From assembly GCA_030770535.1 (NCBI GenBank), contig JASVEC010000025.1:496001-560000 (forward strand): 64,000 bases of DNA, read 5' to 3'. The notes under the pieces are model-generated. The model saw only the letters and a list, made by a program, of their open reading frames with translations. It was not told the DNA's origin and made no database searches. Made by a program: the position numbers and the translations under genes. Below are positions 10,740-22,497 of this stretch, piece after piece (positions within the stretch are counted from its first letter, which is position 1; every line of letters begins with the position of its first letter). The DNA comes from Batkoa obscura. Lineage: Eukaryota.

Positions 10740-13475
10740 ATGTTTCAAGAAGAGATAAAATACGAAAAAATAAAGAAGAGTGTTCTTCTAGGAAAGGGTA
10801 GTTTTGGTAAAGTATACAAGTGTAATTATGAGGGTTTTACATGTGCATTAAAGACTTTAGTCGCAACGGATAGGTTGAGGGAACAACAAAGAAAAAAATA
10901 TGCAGATAGTTTACGTTTAGAAGCTAAAACATTAGCTAAGCTTGGTCGTTGTGAAAACATTGTTCAATATATTGGTACTTGTATTGATCCAAAGCAACGT
11001 CTTTGTGTGCTTATGGAGTTTGTCAATGGTAAAAATTTGGCCAAATTTATTGAAGATGAGTTACCCTTCCACCCATGGTCACTTCGTGACAACATTACTT
11101 TAGATATTGCTAAAGGGGTTGCTTATATCCATAGTAAAAATATCATCCATCGAGACCTTAAAGCCGAAAATATTCTCATAGATAATGAAGACCACTTTAA
11201 AGCTAAAATCGCTGATTTTGGTGTAGCAAAAGTTTCTGAAGAAGTTCGTGGTACTATTGAAACGTTCTCTGGAGCTGGTACTCCCCCATGGATGGCTCCA
11301 GAATTGTTTTTAAATAGTAAAGCGCTCCCTAGTAAAAAAACAGATATGTATTCTTTTGGTATGATCATGTGGGAAATGGCAAGTGGTAAAAGGCCATATG
11401 AAGATAAAACAAAGGGTGAGCTCCGTCATATGAAAGAAAAGGGTATTATAGAACCTGTTCCTCCTACTGTTCCTCCTACCTACGAGCGTCTTTTACGTAG
11501 ATGTATGGATCTTGATCCCGAAAACCGTCCTGATTCAACTGAGATTGCTGACTTTCTTAAACGAGGCCGTCTTAATAAGGATAACTATGAAACCAATATC
11601 TGTATTCAAGATGACGATGATTTAGCCACACTATTATTAGTTGATGTCGAACGTGCAAATCAAATCAAAAGACCAGAACGTCAAGTCGATTTTGACAATA
11701 GTAACTTGATGGAGGATAGTGATAGTGATGAAGATAATGAAGATTACCATGGATCCAAGTTGGAAAATCTTATTTCATCATTTACTCAGGGAAATGAGGA
11801 AGTTCGTGATAGGCTTATTGAAGAATATGATGTCAATCCCGATGATCCAACCTCTTTAGAACTATCTTTAGGTAACGTACATTATAATGGGCACCGTGTT
11901 CCAGTAAATTACGATGTAGCAGTCAAACATTACGAAAAAGCTTTAGAACTTGGAAGCAATGAAGCAGTTTTGAAATTAGGTATATGCTACAAGACTGGTA
12001 ATGGTAAACCCCTTGACCTTGAAAAAGCTTTTGGGTTTTTCCAAAAAGCAGATAAGAATCAAGTTGCAGGTGTTAAGAGTCATATTGGTGAATGCTATTT
12101 CCATGGTCGTGGAGTTGATTCAAATATAGATGAAGCCATTAAAGCCTTCCGTGATGGTGCATCTGAGAATGATGCAGTTTGTCATTTCTATTTAGGTAGA
12201 TGTTATTATTCTGGTTTAGGTTTACCAAAGGATTTCCAAAAAGCTGTTAAACATTTTGCTTCTGCTGCTCGTCAAGGTCATGCTGAAGCCCAACTTAACA
12301 TTGGTATTGTTCATAAGATGGGCATTACTAAGCCACCAGATGATGTTGAAGCTTTCCGTTGGTTCCTTAAATCTGCTGAACAAGGTAATGCTACAGCTCA
12401 AAATAACGTTGGTTCATGCTATTATTTTGGTGTTGGTATAAATCAGAACCTTTCTTCTGCTGTTAAATGGTTTAAAGCTTCTGCCAATCAAGGAAATACA
12501 GGTGGTATGCATAATATTGCTGACTGTTATTTAAATGGCAAAGGTGTTGAAAAGGATGAAAAGGCTGCTTTTGATTGGTTCCTTAAAGCTGCTACCCTAG
12601 GTCATGGTCTAGCTCAAAGTACACTTGCAAATATTTATTTATCTGGAAACGTTGTTTCCCGTGATGTAGATAAGGCATTTGAATGGTTTAAAGCTTCAGC
12701 TGAAACAGGTAATGTACAAGGTCAATATGGTTTAGGTGTTTGCTATAGAGATGGGCTTGGAACTATTAAAAATTATGAGTTAGCCATGAGATCTTTAGAA
12801 ACCGCTGCTGATCAAGGCTCGCCACAAGCGCAAATCGCATTAGCACTCCTTCATTTGGATCGTAACAATATAAGCCCTAGTAGAGATGAGCATCAAGCTT
12901 TCCGTTGGTTCCACACTGCAGCAGAAACTAATGACTCAAATGCTCAATTCCATCTTGGTCGTTGTTATGTTATGGGTATTGGTATAGATAAAGATGAGCG
13001 TAAAGGGTTCCAATGTCTTTTAAAATCAGCCAATCAAGGTCATGTTGAAGCACAAAATACACTTGGTTCATGTTATTATCAAGGCCTTGGTACCCCAACT
13101 GATTACAATGAAGCAGTATCGTGGTTCATGAAAGCTTCCCAATCCGGACACGCACTTGCTGAGTTTAATTTAGCAGAATGCTATCTTAAAGGTAGAGGAG
13201 TTGAACAATCCATAGCTTTGGCTGTGGATTGGTACCGTAAATCTGCAGAGCATAACCACCCCAACGCACAATTTGTTTTAGGATCGATATACGATAAAGG
13301 ACAAGGAGTTTCAGTTGATATTGAGGCAGCTTTAAGGTACTATAGATTAGCCGCGCATAAAATTCCACAAGCACAAAGACGTATTGATATGATTACCGCA
13401 CGTATAACAAAACCTCTACCAGAACCAGTTGCCGCATCCCAACAGCGTGAGGGAGAGTGCTGTTTAATCCTCTAA
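10740..13475 (+). CDS. TKL-type protein kinase with Sel1-like repeats and C-terminal CaaX (CCLIL)
   Basis: GKGSFG, ALK, HRDLKAEN, DFG, GTPPWMAPE; long Sel1 repeat array; ends EGECCLIL*. Probable 5'-UTR intron at 10631-10712 (GTAAGT...TTATAG). Confidence 0.93.
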   Translation: MFQEEIKYEKIKKSVLLGKGSFGKVYKCNYEGFTCALKTLVATDRLREQQRKKYADSLRLEAKTLAKLGRCENIVQYIGTCIDPKQRLCVLMEFVNGKNLAKFIEDELPFHPWSLRDNITLDIAKGVAYIHSKNIIHRDLKAENILIDNEDHFKAKIADFGVAKVSEEVRGTIETFSGAGTPPWMAPELFLNSKALPSKKTDMYSFGMIMWEMASGKRPYEDKTKGELRHMKEKGIIEPVPPTVPPTYERLLRRCMDLDPENRPDSTEIADFLKRGRLNKDNYETNICIQDDDDLATLLLVDVERANQIKRPERQVDFDNSNLMEDSDSDEDNEDYHGSKLENLISSFTQGNEEVRDRLIEEYDVNPDDPTSLELSLGNVHYNGHRVPVNYDVAVKHYEKALELGSNEAVLKLGICYKTGNGKPLDLEKAFGFFQKADKNQVAGVKSHIGECYFHGRGVDSNIDEAIKAFRDGASENDAVCHFYLGRCYYSGLGLPKDFQKAVKHFASAARQGHAEAQLNIGIVHKMGITKPPDDVEAFRWFLKSAEQGNATAQNNVGSCYYFGVGINQNLSSAVKWFKASANQGNTGGMHNIADCYLNGKGVEKDEKAAFDWFLKAATLGHGLAQSTLANIYLSGNVVSRDVDKAFEWFKASAETGNVQGQYGLGVCYRDGLGTIKNYELAMRSLETAADQGSPQAQIALALLHLDRNNISPSRDEHQAFRWFHTAAETNDSNAQFHLGRCYVMGIGIDKDERKGFQCLLKSANQGHVEAQNTLGSCYYQGLGTPTDYNEAVSWFMKASQSGHALAEFNLAECYLKGRGVEQSIALAVDWYRKSAEHNHPNAQFVLGSIYDKGQGVSVDIEAALRYYRLAAHKIPQAQRRIDMITARITKPLPEPVAASQQREGECCLIL

Positions 13476-14494
13476 AATGTAGAGGATAGAGACAGATTTA
13501 ACTAATCCAATTTTTAAAACCGTATATACAAATAGTTATAATAATTTTTACAAGTTTTGGGCTGATGAATACATTACTCTAATTTAGCTCTTTAACTTAT
13601 TTTTCAACTTTCATTAAAATAAATTGAATAATTTACATTTTATTATTTAAATAAAATAAATATATTAATGATAGATAAAAACTAATTTAATAAAAGCCGA
13701 ATGTGTTAATAATATTTTAAAAATGTATAAGTACTTTATATATATTAGAACTAAACTAAATGAAATTAAGTTATTGATGAAGAACATTATATTACTTAAA
13801 TTAAATTATTATTACTATACCCAACCTTGACTAAAAAATGTAATTACAGCGTAACAAACTCATAACAGTCATTTTTGTGAAAGTTCACAATTTAACAAAT
13901 TTAAACTCATACTAACTATAATTATAAATATCGATATTTAGTAAAACTTATTGCTTGACGATACAAAATCTTAACAAATAGCTCATATTGATAAATATAA
14001 CTCAATGCTCAGATTAACCTATTAGAACTTAAATAAAATCTACATACTATTCTTCTTAGCAAATGGCAGTATAATCAAAAAAAACTATATAAAAACTAAT
14101 CGCGTTTGTATAAAAAAATGATTTGTTTGTAATTCAGCAAGCTTAGTACAGAGTTTATTTAATATTAAAGCATCTTATGAAACCTTGTACTCGTCTGTTA
14201 CAATTATTTTTGCTTTATAATGGCCAAATTACTAATTATTCCATTCAAAAAATTAAATATTCCATTTACTCATATCTCCTATACTAAATCTATTAATTGA
14301 AGTTTCCTTTATAAATAAATATCGCTGTGTCAAAGCTTAAAAATTAGTACAAAAATAATAAAATAAAGTTAAGTTAAATATCTTTAATAAGAGCAAGATA
14401 TTGACTCCCAAATGATATAGTTACTTTAATACCTTGGTATGCCGTGAGAGTCGTTTACGCTAATAAACGAACAAACAGACGTCAATAAAAACGC

Positions 14495-15254
14495 TTAATA
14501 AAGACGTTGTGGAGCACCCATAGTGGATTTGATGAAAAGGGACTTAACGTTTTGCCAGTTCTTCTTAAGAAGGGAGACTAAGAAGTTAACGGACATCATG
14601 ATGTTGGTAACAATGTCATCTTGTTCCATATTAACGTGACCGACGGCAACGGCTAAGCAAAGAACTTTCTTTAATTGGAATTTGATGGTAGAACGGAGTT
14701 CATCAGCTTTATCACTTAAGTTATCGTTATGAGATACTGGGGTTGGGAATTTACCAGCTTTGTGGAGACCTGGGCCTAAAAGACGAGGAATTAATTTGAT
14801 AAGAGCTTCACTGGCTAAGAAAGCATCGTATTTCTTGGCAAGTTTCTTGATAAGTTTCTTGTTCTTGTTGAGTTTTTTAAGATCATCAACGGACATGGTT
14901 TCTAAACCAATTTCTTTAGCTTGTTCACAATGGAAAGCATCACCTAAAACACAGACGCTCATCTTTGGACGAGGAATGCTAGGGAGCTTTAAAGTACCAC
15001 TGAAACGCTTATCACGTTGAGGATCGTAATTCTTTAAACCGATTTGGAGTTCAATGGTTTCAGTAAAGTTACGTTTCTTTTCTTGAGAACCTTCAACAAT
15101 TTTAGATACGGCTTCTCTCACGGCTGCGACGGATACTTTGCTATAAATCAACTAATTAATATCATCCTTAAGTCATGTGGTATTTGATATCATTTTGGTT
15201 TGGTTGGCCTTTATTTTATTTTTTCTGTTTAGTTAGATGGATGTATTACCTCAT
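14495..15254 (-). CDS. RPL1: 60S ribosomal protein uL1 (L1/L10a), 2 exons
   Basis: [18 protein letters not shown]...[13 protein letters not shown]...KSTMG. The real start is a 5-nt exon ATGAG (15254-15250), intron 15249-15141, giving MSKVS. Confidence 0.97.
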
Positions 15255-15872
15255 CTTTTAAATATAGATTAAGTCAAGAGGGACAGATTAGCTTTCAGCT
15301 TTAGAGTACTTTAGGAAACGCAGGAATCTGTCTAAATGATGCCATTGATTGGCTGAAAAAATCATTACTCTATTGGCCAATATACCATGATAATGAAATA
15401 ATACTTAAATGTGTGTAGATTTTCTTTTTCTAACTATTTTAAAAAAATCAAAACCAAAGCCATAAAATCAAAAGTATAATTATGGCAATATAAACATTGC
15501 TTAAAAATTGTTATCACTATACAATGAATTAAACTTCAAGCTTAAATAGTAATACTAAACATAAACAATAATATTAAGATTTATATGGCATAACAACTCA
15601 TCAATAAACAATTAAAGTTAACATGGTCTACTTTTTATTTGTACTTTATTAAAAAATTAGTTTTTAATTAATTTTTCTTGTTTATTAACACCTGTGCATT
15701 AACTTGAAATTAAAGTATAATTTACGAAATCTAAATTTATAAGTCATAAAAATTTGGATCTAAAGAGTTAGGTCAATCGATTTAGATGAAAGAGATTAAA
15801 TAGTATATAAAAGTCATAATAATGTGATACTAAACGGGTTCATTTTTTTAATAAAAAATATCATTATATACT

Positions 15873-16271
15873 ATGAGTAATTTGCTATTAACTTGTTTAA
15901 CAGCTACTATTTCTTTGTTTGCCATTATCTACACTCTATTGCTGGACTTGACCTTTATAGAATTGAAGTACTTTACATTTATAAAAAATATGAAGGTGTA
16001 TGTATCTTTGACAACGTTGATATTTGGGTTGATTTATGCGGAAAAAGAAAATATATTAAAAAAGCAAAACAATTTATTAGTTTATATGCTATTAAACGAT
16101 AGTTTGATTCAATTTTACAGTTTTCTTTTATTTAGTGAAATATGGTTTTTGTTCTCAATTGAGTCAATAATGTTCTATTTTTTAACTAGCAATTACTTTT
16201 TTATACTAAATTTCATTCTTTCTACTTCTCTTTGTACTATTTCGTTGATTACTGCGTTGATTAAGTCTTGA
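15873..16271 (+). CDS. Small multi-pass membrane protein of unknown function (paralog of 16439-16867)
   Basis: 132 aa, about four hydrophobic segments, TATAAAAG at ~15806; aligns with the convergent neighbour (LIYxEKE, LLNDxLI, WFxxxxE). Confidence 0.7.
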   Translation: MSNLLLTCLTATISLFAIIYTLLLDLTFIELKYFTFIKNMKVYVSLTTLIFGLIYAEKENILKKQNNLLVYMLLNDSLIQFYSFLLFSEIWFLFSIESIMFYFLTSNYFFILNFILSTSLCTISLITALIKS

Positions 16272-16438
16272 CTACCTACTATCAAATAGTTATCTTAAAA
16301 TCTATAGATTATATATATAGTTCTTATACAGTCCATAATAAGCTTTTTATAGATTCTTTATTTTTTTATACTCGAAAAGGTGAAAAAGAATAAAAACATA
16401 TTAATACATTTGGATTTTGAAATTACAATTTTGTTTTA

Positions 16439-16867
16439 TTAAATATTAGTAAATAAAGCTTTAAAGCAACAAGATAAAGAAAGTATAGTGGAAGTAGATA
16501 GATTCAGTAGAATCAGATAAAAAGTTTGGTCAAAATTAAATGTATAAGCTAAAGCAGCTTCTAATGCTAAAACAAACCATAATTGAGCTAACAAGAAGTA
16601 GTAGTATCGAGTTATTAAATTATCGTTTAACAACCTACTTAAAAATAAATGCTCGAGTCTTTTAACTATATATTCCTTTTCAATATATATCAAACCACTT
16701 ATTATCGTTAGTATTCCAATCCATTGTTTTAATTTATCAAAGCCTAATAGCGAACTTAAACTAAAATTATGGTCCGGATTTTCAAGTAGGAAATCTAAGT
16801 TTAAGCTATAAAGCATACTTAAAATAGTGATTGTGCAAGTAATACCAGTTTGTATTATTGGATTCAT
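16439..16867 (-). CDS. Small multi-pass membrane protein of unknown function (paralog of 15873-16271)
   Basis: 142 aa, about four hydrophobic segments, same shared motifs, TATATATAA upstream. Confidence 0.7.
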   Translation of the reverse strand: MNPIIQTGITCTITILSMLYSLNLDFLLENPDHNFSLSSLLGFDKLKQWIGILTIISGLIYIEKEYIVKRLEHLFLSRLLNDNLITRYYYFLLAQLWFVLALEAALAYTFNFDQTFYLILLNLSTSTILSLSCCFKALFTNI

Positions 16868-17862
16868 TTTAATTTAATATTTTATTTTACTTTAGAATAT
16901 TTTGTTTGTTTATATATATTTTTTGTTCTTATGGTCCTTAGAATTAATTAGGTTATCTTATGAGCTTAATTGAATTTACATTAGAATGAATGAGTTCCAC
17001 CCCCCTAAATTCTTTCAAACTATGCTGCTTAATTTGCATATTAAAACCTGCATTATTTGAATTATATTATTTGTTATTTTAGCATTTTAATAATGTTAAT
17101 ATTTAGGTGACAACAAAGCTTTATCAGCACGATAATTAAATATTATATACTATCATAGTTGTATACTTAGTATATATTTTAATTTTTGGATATAACAGGT
17201 TAAACTTATAAGCTGGTAAAATTACACCCCATTTAATTATGGTTCTAGAATATAAAGTGACTGTTTTAACACCTTTTAGTCTAATATAGAATTTTTACAA
17301 TCAACTTTGCAGCTGTTACAGGTTTATTGCGACTCAATTAACCTGTAGTTTAGGATTTTGCATTGTTTTAAAGAAAATTATAATTGCTGAATTTCAAAAT
17401 ATCTAGAACTTGAGCGTTTTTAGAACTTTGAAAGGCATAAACATCAGCTGGCATTTGTTTGATGTAAAAATGATAGGACCAAAATTTCATATTTTAAATC
17501 AGGAGTTGTTGATATACCTTTAATATGATTTTTTAGTCATTTCATATTAAATAAACTTATTTTTAGAATATATGAAATTATTAATTACTACTAGACTGTT
17601 ATTCACTTTTTGATTTTATATTAATATTCTTTTACCTTTAAAATCTTAAAAGCTGATACGCTATAAAATGTTATGATTATGAGTGAATTTATAAACTTAT
17701 TTGAAGTTAAAAAACAGCTGTGATTTAGATTTTACTTTCCATAATCTGAAATTTCTATTATATAGGGGTCATAAAAAGTTTTGAGAAAGTATTTATAACT
17801 TTATAAATATGAATCAAAAACTTATTAAATTATAACAGTAAATAATAGTATATAAAAACTAT

Positions 17863-17921
17863 TATATGAGGATGTATTTTTTTGTTTAAAGATTGACTCA
17901 TTTTTGATATAACCTCATATA
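17863..17921. mobile_element. Internally deleted MITE-like copy
   Basis: TATATGAGGATGTATTTTTTTGTTTAA matches the family's left end; closes with CCTCATATA (9-bp perfect inverted repeat). Confidence 0.5.
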
Positions 17922-19687
17922 TGTCAAATTACTTCCAAGCATTAATACTACTAAAAAATCTAATATAAAATTTAATAGAAATTCACTACATGATACTTTT
18001 TGCATATTGATATCTAGTGTATTAATCTCATAATATTTTATTGTATAAAAAAAAAGCTATAAATTCACTTGCGAAACTGACAAATGTTTTTTATCAACTA
18101 TATTTAAAGATTTTGAACAGTTAACGTTCTTTAATATATATAGTGTAATTTGTATTTAAATGAAGCTTAGGAGACATAAGAATCTGGAATAATAAATAAT
18201 AAATAGCTTGAATTTATAATAAGATATTCTATCTGAGACATTTGAAAAGCTTAAATTTATCAATTTTTATTAAGAACATTAAAAAAATTATACAAAATTT
18301 AGTATTTTATTAATCAATTTAAAATTTGTGTAATAATATAATAAAGTAAAAGTAGTAACGTAAAGCTACAATGCAGTATTATTGTTCTGTATTTCTTGAA
18401 GATCAAGTGGATTTGTATTAAATGAACTTTGAGGGCGACACATTGATAGTGATTTTAGGACAAAAATTAATTTAAAATTGAAAAAAAAGAATTTAATTTT
18501 TTAAAATATTTAAACATTACTAAAATTTGATTATAAAACTTTTTTTCACCCCTACATTTATTTTTAACCTTGATCTTATTATTAAAGTTTTAAAATAAAC
18601 AAAGTTATTATCTTATATGAATAGTTTATAAATGTCTATTATTATAATTTAACGTAAAACTTGATTATATTAATAGTTAAAGGGAGCGTTTTATATTAAT
18701 ATTTAAAAAGAAGGACGATAGTTAGAGAAGCCTTTCTTAAACTTGAAAGTTAAAAACATTAGCCTCTGAGTAAAAAAGTAAATTGTATTAATTTTAATTA
18801 ATACCATCAGTTTTATGGTATTATTAAACTTAGTTTTAACTGATTTTACTAATAGATTTTTAAAAATAGATACTAGTCCAAAAGACTGACTTTGAGTTTA
18901 TATATATAAAAGAAGATAAAAGGAGTATGAAGTGTAGTGGAAAACCCACTATATAAAATTCAAAATTATTTTGAATAAAGGCTTCTTTATTATAGAAATC
19001 AATGAGTGATAGCTTCCAATTATATTCTTTGTAAGAGTAAAAACGAGTAATTGAATGCTCAAAAAAGTTGAGCGAATGTATAAAACAGGTCACTAATTGT
19101 TACGAAGATTATCTTATCATATTTGCATAACCTTATCTTACCATGTTTATATAGGTTCAAAATACACTTATATTAGCTTGTCTCCTTTGTTTTAGTATAA
19201 GTTTAGCTTAGCCTAACTTTTAATAGCATTCATTATTTAAATTCTTTTAATTTCTGAAGCTTAATAATTTTTAAGCTCAGTGAAACATTACATCCTAATA
19301 ATTTATTGGCTAGGTAAAAAAGGCTACGTATTATTGATCCAATCAAGGGATAAATGTTACTTAATAGTTTATACTTCAATCGATTGTGGTATTGTAAATT
19401 ACGTGGTCACTATGGTTAAATATGGTAAATATATATAGACTATAATCAAGATGTTTAGATTAAAAGCAACAAATTAAACCTCAAATGTATATATGCTGAT
19501 AGATCTGTGAAATTGAAGCCTTTTTTATCTAAGGTTTATACAAAACAGAGATTATTGGCCAAAAAACGACCACTTCAGTCTCATAAAATATAAAAGACTA
19601 AAAGAGTATTTTAAATCGTCCTTCTTTTTCAATTTACAAGTAAAATTTTAAACATAAATCTTAAATTCCCTAAAAAAGTTAAAAAAT

Positions 19688-22213
19688 ATGAATCAAGAAT
19701 ATATTGAACCTAGTAAACGAGAGAAGTACGGAAGTTCTGGTAAAAGTTATCCAGTGAGAACTAATTTCTTTCAAATCCGGCATAACAATTCTGGTACAAT
19801 TCACCATTATGACGTCAATATCACCCCAGAGGTCCCAGCAAGTGTAAATAAGGATGTATTTAAAGCATTCGAAATAAAAAATGCTAATAACGTTAAAGTA
19901 TTGGGAGGTATATGCGCAGTCTTTGATGGAGCCAAGAACATGTTTTCACCAAGGGCACTACCATTTGGAAAGCAGTTTGTTGACGAGGTTATTTTACCTG
20001 AGGAGGGTGGTAAAAAAAGCAAGGAACCAAGAAAATTTAAACTCAAGATGATGAAGGTTAATGAGGTACCAATCGATATTAATGAGATGCACCAGCGTAC
20101 GTCCAACGGTTTGACTGCAATAATGGCGTTTAACGTCTTGTTCAGACACCAGAATGAAACTAATTTCGTCCAGGTTAAAAATTCATTTTTTATTCGAGAG
20201 GATGTAAACGAGCTTTCTGGAGGCGTAGAGTTATGGCCAGGTTTCTTTCGCTCCTTCAGCTCAGTTGCTGATGGCTTTGCGTTAAACGTAGATACTACTA
20301 TTTGTAGCTTTTATCAAGCTGGTCCTGCAGTTGATATTGTTGCTAAGTTGATTGGGTTAAGAAATCCAAGCGATTTGAGAGACTCAAGAACAAGCAAGTA
20401 TTTTAGAAAAATTAAATCTTTCTTAAAAGGTTTAAAGGTTACCATGTCCATCAAAGGTGAGCAGCCCCATAATTACAAAATTCGTGGTGTATCAGACAAC
20501 TCTGCAGTTGACCAAAAGTTTGACTTGGTTGAGGATGGTGTCAATAAAGGCCGTATTAGTGTAGCAAAATACATTGAGGATAAATACAACATCAAGTTAC
20601 AGTACCCCAATCTACCCTGTGCTGAGATCAAAAAGGGGGTTTTATTACCATTGGAATTGCTCACAATCTTACCTGGGCAAAGATATGTTAAAAAGTTGGA
20701 TGAAAGACAAACAAGTGAGATGATTAAGATAACTTGTATTAAACCACATTTGAGATTCCAAAAAATTGTGAGTGGGATGAGACGTATGGCTTTTGAAAAA
20801 AATAAATACGTCAAACAGTTTGGGCTGGAAGTTGTTACAACTGCTAAAGAAATACCTGCAAGGCTATTATCTGCGCCAACCATAAAATATAATCCGTCCT
20901 CCAAGGATCATTCTATCCGTCCTGCTAACGGGTCTTGGAATATGTTAGGAAAAAGATTGTTCGAAGGAAAGCAAATATCTACCTGGGGAGTGGCTGTATA
21001 CGCTAGAGAAAATTGGCTACGACGTCCTCAAGTTGAAAAATTTGTGGATTTGTTTAGCAACGTATGCATAGATACTGGAATGAAAGTGACAAACAAGAGA
21101 CCTGTAATTAAATATTTAAATCCATTTTCTAGTAGACTTGAAGAGGAATTAGGTAGCTTTTATTCTACCATAAAGAACAATGGAAAAGCGGCCCCTCAAT
21201 TAATTCTGTGCATTTTACCAGATCGTGGTAGTGAGCTTTATGGGGCAATTAAGTCAGCTGCTGAGTTGAAAATTGGAATCATGACCCAATGTGTACAAGC
21301 TAAAAAAGTAGAACGTCCAGACAAGCAGTATTGTGCTAACGTATGTTTAAAAGTAAATGCAAAATTGGGAGGCATTAATGTTGCAATGCATGAAAATGAT
21401 TTGGGTGGGATGGATAAGATTCCAACTTTACTTATCGGTGCAGATGTAACTCATCCTGCTCCAGGGAATCCAGAAGCTGCTAGTATTGCTGCAGCAATAG
21501 GATCTATTGATTTCACCGGGACAAAATATGCGTCTTCTATTCGAGCACAACACTCTAGACAAGAGGTGATTTCTGATTTTTCTAATATGGTAGTCGATTT
21601 GCTGAAGATGTTTTATAAAAATACCAAAACCAAACCTCAAAAGATTATTTACTATCGTGACGGGGTATCAGATGGTCAATTTCAAACTGTTTTAGTTAAT
21701 GAAATGAAGGCGATTAAAGTAGCTTGTGCTTCTTTAGAGCCTAGTTATAAACCAAAAATAACTTTTGTTGTTGTCCAAAAGCGTCACCACGCCAGATTTA
21801 TACCTGTTAAAAGAGAGGATGAAGACCGAAGTGGTAACTGTAAGGCAGGTACTATAGTAGAAGCTGGTATTTGCCACCCATACTATTTTGACTTTTATCT
21901 TCAATCACACGCAGGATTACAAGGAACTTCACGTCCTTGTCACTATCATGTTTTACATGATGAAAATGCCTTTACTACTGATAGATTCCAACAGTTTACT
22001 TATAACCTTTGTTATCTCTTTAATAGAGCTACAAAATCAGTATCGTTAGTTCCACCAGTTTATTACGCTCATTTGGCAGCTACTCGCGCCCGATTCCATT
22101 ATAAAATTAGTGATGGAATATCAGATACCACATCCATGGTCTCTATAGGCTCAGAACAGCCCGAGTCAAAGAAATTAGTTGGGGATTTTGCTACTAAGAT
22201 GTATTACGTTTAA
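19688..22213 (+). CDS. ago1: Argonaute (PAZ-MID-PIWI), intronless
   Basis: VRTNFF, LNVD, LQYPNLPC, GQRY, QTSEMIK, TQCV, NVCLKVNAKLGG, GADVTHP, RQEVI, YRDGVS, QKRHHARF, HAGLQGTSRP, PVYYAHLAA. Confidence 0.97.
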   Translation: MNQEYIEPSKREKYGSSGKSYPVRTNFFQIRHNNSGTIHHYDVNITPEVPASVNKDVFKAFEIKNANNVKVLGGICAVFDGAKNMFSPRALPFGKQFVDEVILPEEGGKKSKEPRKFKLKMMKVNEVPIDINEMHQRTSNGLTAIMAFNVLFRHQNETNFVQVKNSFFIREDVNELSGGVELWPGFFRSFSSVADGFALNVDTTICSFYQAGPAVDIVAKLIGLRNPSDLRDSRTSKYFRKIKSFLKGLKVTMSIKGEQPHNYKIRGVSDNSAVDQKFDLVEDGVNKGRISVAKYIEDKYNIKLQYPNLPCAEIKKGVLLPLELLTILPGQRYVKKLDERQTSEMIKITCIKPHLRFQKIVSGMRRMAFEKNKYVKQFGLEVVTTAKEIPARLLSAPTIKYNPSSKDHSIRPANGSWNMLGKRLFEGKQISTWGVAVYARENWLRRPQVEKFVDLFSNVCIDTGMKVTNKRPVIKYLNPFSSRLEEELGSFYSTIKNNGKAAPQLILCILPDRGSELYGAIKSAAELKIGIMTQCVQAKKVERPDKQYCANVCLKVNAKLGGINVAMHENDLGGMDKIPTLLIGADVTHPAPGNPEAASIAAAIGSIDFTGTKYASSIRAQHSRQEVISDFSNMVVDLLKMFYKNTKTKPQKIIYYRDGVSDGQFQTVLVNEMKAIKVACASLEPSYKPKITFVVVQKRHHARFIPVKREDEDRSGNCKAGTIVEAGICHPYYFDFYLQSHAGLQGTSRPCHYHVLHDENAFTTDRFQQFTYNLCYLFNRATKSVSLVPPVYYAHLAATRARFHYKISDGISDTTSMVSIGSEQPESKKLVGDFATKMYYV

Positions 22214-22497
22214 TTTTATCAAACTTTTATTATACCAGCTGCAGGTTATACCAAAATGGATTTTGATCCTTGAAATACTGCTTTTATTAAAGTATTGCTA
22301 GAAATATTATTTTATTTTTTGATTTTGTTTTATACTAGTATTTTATTAATATGAATAATTCTTAAAAGTGCTATAGATATTCAAGTTAAATCACAAAGTC
22401 AGAATAACTCTTATGCCTATAAAAAGATTTATTTTAAAATTATTTGCTTTATTTGAGTTTGATACTCTTGTTATATATTAGATTTATAATCTTTTTC

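Noticed and set aside
14495..15151. ORF-track start MIYSKVS for uL1
   Set aside because: It begins inside the intron; the spliced ATGAG micro-exon gives the canonical MSKVS.
18860..19093. 77-aa ORF upstream of Argonaute (and similar short AT-rich ORFs at 24494, 48879 and 55277)
   Set aside because: No motifs or paralog support; composition is typical of random AT-rich or antisense frames.
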